Positions 59,643 to 64,000 of a DNA stretch of 64,000 bases are shown here, piece by piece. The stretch lies in NCBI GenBank assembly GCA_020536535.1, contig JAHLWZ010000530.1, positions 158,384-222,383 of the forward strand, written 5' to 3'. Both the position numbers and the translations under genes were made by a program. The stretch comes from Pelomyxa schiedti (Eukaryota > Protista > Evosea). The stretch's first letter is position 1. Each line of letters begins with the position of its first letter. Below the pieces are notes generated by a model. The model searched no databases. It saw only the letters and a program-made list of their open reading frames with translations, and was not told the DNA's origin.

Positions 59643-62600
59643 TCACATAATCATACATTTATCTTTCTTATGTACAATAGGTGGATTAAGTTCTTCACCA
59701 GGACGTGGAGGTCGTGGAATTTCAACGCCAAAATTCTCAGATAACCAGAACACCATGGAACTCCATTTCTGTGTGTTCATTGTTACTCTTGTATGAATGC
59801 TAAAAAGAGAACTGTTTTCCAATTTAAAACATACATTCCCGCTGGGGTCACCCCTTTGCAGTGAGATAATAAGTTCGGTCACATCGAAATCCTGCTTTGT
59901 GATTTTGTATGTTTTCAGAATGTACTCGGCCATTTCATGGTTTCCACTGTCACAGGCCCGCCTATGGAATTTTATTTTGTGTAGAAAGATACAAAGCGAT
60001 ACCGGAAGAGGGTGAATTCATCAGAGAGTATTTCCTCCTTGGTGAATGAAAATAATCTCTGGACATACTGCAGGATTTCAACCCGGTAGATCGACCTGTG
60101 AAGTAGTGCAGAGTGAATTTTAATTTCTGGAACCCGGTAATACATACCCCAGGCAGTTGCACGCAATGAATTCATCCTTTGTGATTCCATAAGTTGTGAT
60201 CAGATATTCCACGGCTTCCATACCACCACGCAGTGCGTACCTTTACTTTGAGTGAGTTATATTGTTGAGTTGTTTCTAGCGGAATGTACTTGAGGGCATC
60301 GTTTTGAACGCAGCATACATCCTCTCTGGTCAGCCCAAAGGTGGAAGTAAGATATTCCAACACCTCACGGCGGCCGTTATAGCAGGCCAGCCTTTCGGAA
60401 ATGAAGTGAGAAGTGGGAATTATACAATTGTGCTGAGCGGAAAAGTACCTGAAGCACATGCAGTCGTCTCTCCGAATGTCATGTGAGGTTATTCCATAGT
60501 TCTGAATCAAAAATTTCATCGATTTCAACTTGTTCTGAGCACAACACTGCTGGAGGACCACGTTATCGTGAGAGCGAATGTCATCAGCAGTGATTCCAAA
60601 CGTTTTGATTGCCCACTGGGACATGTTCCAGAATTCAGCACCGAAACAGGCAGATAAAGGTGACCAGGTTCGAGATGGTGAATTCTTCCGTTCAAGCAAG
60701 GTCTTTTTTGTCAAACCCAATACTTTTGTTGCCCATTTGGCAGTTGAGAGATCGCCTGAGAAAAAACAGGATGAGAGAATCCTGTTCGTTGCGTAGGAGT
60801 CCTGTCTCACTGGAAACTTGGTCAGAAACCATCTCAGAACGTGTGGGCGGCAGAACATGCTCTTCTCCAGTTTCTCTTCAATGACAGCCTGTGGTACGGC
60901 AAAAGTATCAACAACCCAGTTGAGCATACAGATGCATTCAGCACTTATGCACGCATCAGTGATCTCTTTTGCTGATCTGGCAAACATCTCTTCACCAAAA
61001 GTTTTGATGAGCCAAAGGAGGGTGTGAGGCCTTCCGCGATGGCATGCTCCAAAAGCCTCTGAGCCGTACCACGAGGGAATTCTGGCTTTGGTACAAGTGC
61101 AAGCAACAATATGTGAAGCTTCACACAGTCCACTCCAAGCAAGTAACGATGATATGAAAGGGGTTAAGCCTGAATCAGCACTCTGGTTTAGTTCTTCTTG
61201 AGTGCAAGAAAACTCAGATTGAAGGAATAAATCAATGGCTTGCTGATCTTGTTCGGGAACACGCTGTGAAATGTTCACTGAAGGCCCGTATGTCAGTGTG
61301 TCCTCTCTTGAAACTGCAAATGTAGTTATAACCCACTTCAAAAGTTCAATGGATCCTGATGACCTAGCTGCAGCGGCTATCATCCCTTGATTAGGCACAT
61401 TTAACTTTGAACCAAAGATATTCCACAGCCATTCCGCCAGAGGTTTGTTTTCTTTCTGGCAAAGTATAATCCAGAATAGAGAACTCATAGACTCATTTAA
61501 GTATTTATCATCAACTGACATGCGGAAGGTATCAAACAACCACTGTGCCACCTCAAAATGCCCCTCTGTGCAAGAAAGTGCGAAGGCAGCAAAGGAGTTT
61601 TTACTGAATATCTTGGGAAATGAGTGAAAAAAAACCGGCTAATGGAAGGAATTTAACCTCATCACCCTGCAACGAAAATGTCTCATGAAGCCACTTTGCC
61701 ACATGGAGATGCCCCGCCTGACAAACGGTGTCAAATAAGAAGCGGGGGAGCTGGCGAGACTCACTCAGCCTATACTCGTGGTAGATGTTGTTGTCCCTCA
61801 GAACCATCTCTCTGGTTGCTCCGCATTCAGCCACCAACCATTGCGAATAATCGAGGTGTCCGAATGTGCAACTGAGGAAAAGAGAGGAATGAACCGTGTC
61901 CTCGAAGAAATGAGCTTTCCAAGGGAACTTGTCATCCTCGCAATCATCCCATTCCGCGTGGTGCTTGAGAATCCACTTTGCCACTTTGTGTGTTCCCGCC
62001 TGTGCACAAGCACAAAGGGCGATCTTTCTCCCCAAGTCATCAACAACATCTCGTGCAACAAGTGGAATCCTAATTCACATGGTCAGTTTCCAACAACCTT
62101 CAAGCCATTCAAACCTTCACCCCCCACAAAAATTCCATTAGCCGCAATAATATCATGATATTACCATATAATTTTCAACCCCGTCCCATAACCAAGGCAC
62201 GCACGCCCCACACGCCCGACAAAACAAAACCCCGGGGCACATACACACAGAGGGAACAGAGCCTCCGCGAGGGACAGCAAGTCCCTCCACGACCACATGC
62301 CCAGCCTCACGTCCGCGTCGTCCGGCGTCATGTGGTACTCCCTCAGCACAGCTCCCACAGCACCCGGCTGCACCCCGCTGGCACCACCACCATATGCCGC
62401 TCCTCCCACGCCCCCCCCGCACATTTGTTCCAGCATGGACGGCGATGGAGGAGGGGCGGGGGAGGAGGAGGAGGAGAAGAAGAAGGAGGAGGCACCACCG
62501 CTGACCCCTCGTCCCTCTGCTGCCGATGCCGTCGGGGGGGGCGCCACCCACGCCCCTGCTCTGTGCCACCCGCCAAGGTACAGCGGCACCACGTTGTCCC

Positions 62601-62667
62601 GCACAACGCGGGCCCAGGATAGAACCGGTGCGGCAGCAGCACCCCGCTCGGCACCCCCGAAGTCCAT
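59643..62667 (-). CDS. Ankyrin-repeat-like protein with a polybasic stretch and CaaX (KKDKCMIM)
   Basis: Repeated CxxGHLxxAxWL motifs in ORFs 61601-62035, 60172-61551 and 59643-59933. The start is guessed at MDFGGAE. Confidence 0.72.
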
Positions 62668-63001
62668 GCGGATGTGGCTGGCTGCTGTTCGTTCTCGTGT
62701 GTGTTTTATGATTAGGCGATGAGGCCCGGAAACCCACAATTCAGCCACCAAGGAACCAAGCATCTTGATGGGGCAACGCTCTCACCGAGTTTTTTGGGTT
62801 TGAAGTTACAGCTGTCCCCGTCTTGGGATCTACCAGATCATCTCGGAGAGGCTTCTCTGGTTGAAGCCATGCATCGAAGGCGACAGCCGTACAATCAACA
62901 GAAAACTTTTTTTCCCCCTCTGCAAGAAGAGGAACCACTCACACTTTATTGTAATAGAAGCACACAAACCCACAGTATTTTTTCTGTGAGTTGGTACCCT
63001 C

Positions 63002-64000
63002 TCACATGATCATACATTTGTCTTCTTTCTTCCGCACAACAGGCGGTTGTCGTTCTTCATCACCAGGGCGTGGTGGCCGCGGAATTTCAACGCCAAAACG
63101 CTCAGAAAGCCAGAACACCATGGAGTTCCAATTCTGTGTGCGTTGTCAATGTTACTCTTGGAAGATATTTTACAAAGAGATATTTCGTAACATACATTGT
63201 GGTTTGGGTCGCCCTTTTGCAGTGAAACAATGAGTCCGGTCACATCAAAATCCTCCTTTGTGATTTTGTATGTGTCCAGGAGGTGTGCGGCCATTTCGGT
63301 GCTTTCACCTTCACAGGCATGCCTATTAAATGTACATGCATTAGATAATTGAGTTTCGAAAATGCGGGAATTATACCGGAAGAGCGAGAATTCGTCAGAG
63401 AGTATCTCCTCCTTGGTGAACGAAAATAACCCCTGGAGGTACTGAAGCATTTTGATGCCGTATACAGAACTGTGAAGCAGTTCAGTGTGATTTTTGAATC
63501 CCAGAACAAGGCAATACCTCAGGCATTTGCACGCAAGGAATTCTTCTTTTGTTAGCCCATAACTGGTTATCAGGTATTCTACAATTTCCACGCCACCGCA
63601 GAGTGCGTGCCTTTGATTGTGAGTTATTATTCGGCAGTAAGTGTTTGTGTGATGTACTTGAGGGCATCGTTTTGAAGGCAACAGACATCCTCCCTGGTCA
63701 GACCGAAAGTGGAAATCAGATATTCCAAAATCTCGCGGCGGCCGTTGCTGCATGCCAGCCTTTCGGAAATGAAGTGGGAAGTCTAATAATTGCGATTAGC
63801 GGAAAAGTACCTGAAACACATGCAGTCGTCTCTCCGAATGTCATCTGAGGTGATTCCGTAGTTCTGAATCAAAAATTTGAGCGACTTGAACTTGTTCTGA
63901 GCACAACATTGTTGGAGGACCACGTTGCCATGAGACCGGATGTCTTCGGCAGTGATTCCAAACGTTTTGATTGCCCACTGGGAACAGTTCCAGAATTCCA
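63002..64000 (-). CDS. 3' part of a tandem paralog of the 59643-62667 gene (runs off the window)
   Basis: High nucleotide similarity to 59643-60640 and ends RKKDKCMIM*. Confidence 0.75.

Noticed and set aside
1-64000. rRNA, tRNA, reverse transcriptase/DGR or intact transposase
   Set aside because: None was recognised by eye. The diversity signal here is explained by splicing and duplication rather than retro-mutagenesis.

Overview
This is eukaryotic, intron-rich protist DNA with short GT-AG introns and poly-Thr/Gln/Ser tracts. The style recalls Archamoebae such as Pelomyxa, but that is an inference. 1-22.3 kb: SEL1-repeat kinase, PAK/STE20 kinase, ankyrin-repeat gene, S10 carboxypeptidase, GH99 endomannosidase, DUF2961/GH172 gene and a MORN-repeat gene. 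22.5-51.9 kb: a same-strand tandem cluster of eight ankyrin 'sensor-effector' genes. Five are ANK-(coiled coil)-ubiquitin-like-TKL kinase (K1-K5) and three are ANK-coiled coil-SAM-SAM(-U-box) (U1-U3). Main discovery: in K1 and U1-U3, the 1.0-1.8 kb apparently non-coding repeat between two ankyrin repeats parses as an array of 3-nt, single-codon, phase-0 micro-exons (ag|NNN|gt). I count 53 in-frame candidates, 44 of them single-codon and none a stop codon. They would encode a Gly/Tyr/Ile/Asp-rich insert exactly in the ankyrin beta-hairpin binding loop, suggesting a splice-built, combinatorially variable receptor loop. 52-64 kb: a small CaaX ankyrin gene, a CARMIL-like LRR gene, an IFT27-like GTPase with a long N-terminal extension, and two tandem CaaX ankyrin-like paralogs. 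All exon structures were parsed by eye and need RNA-seq confirmation.
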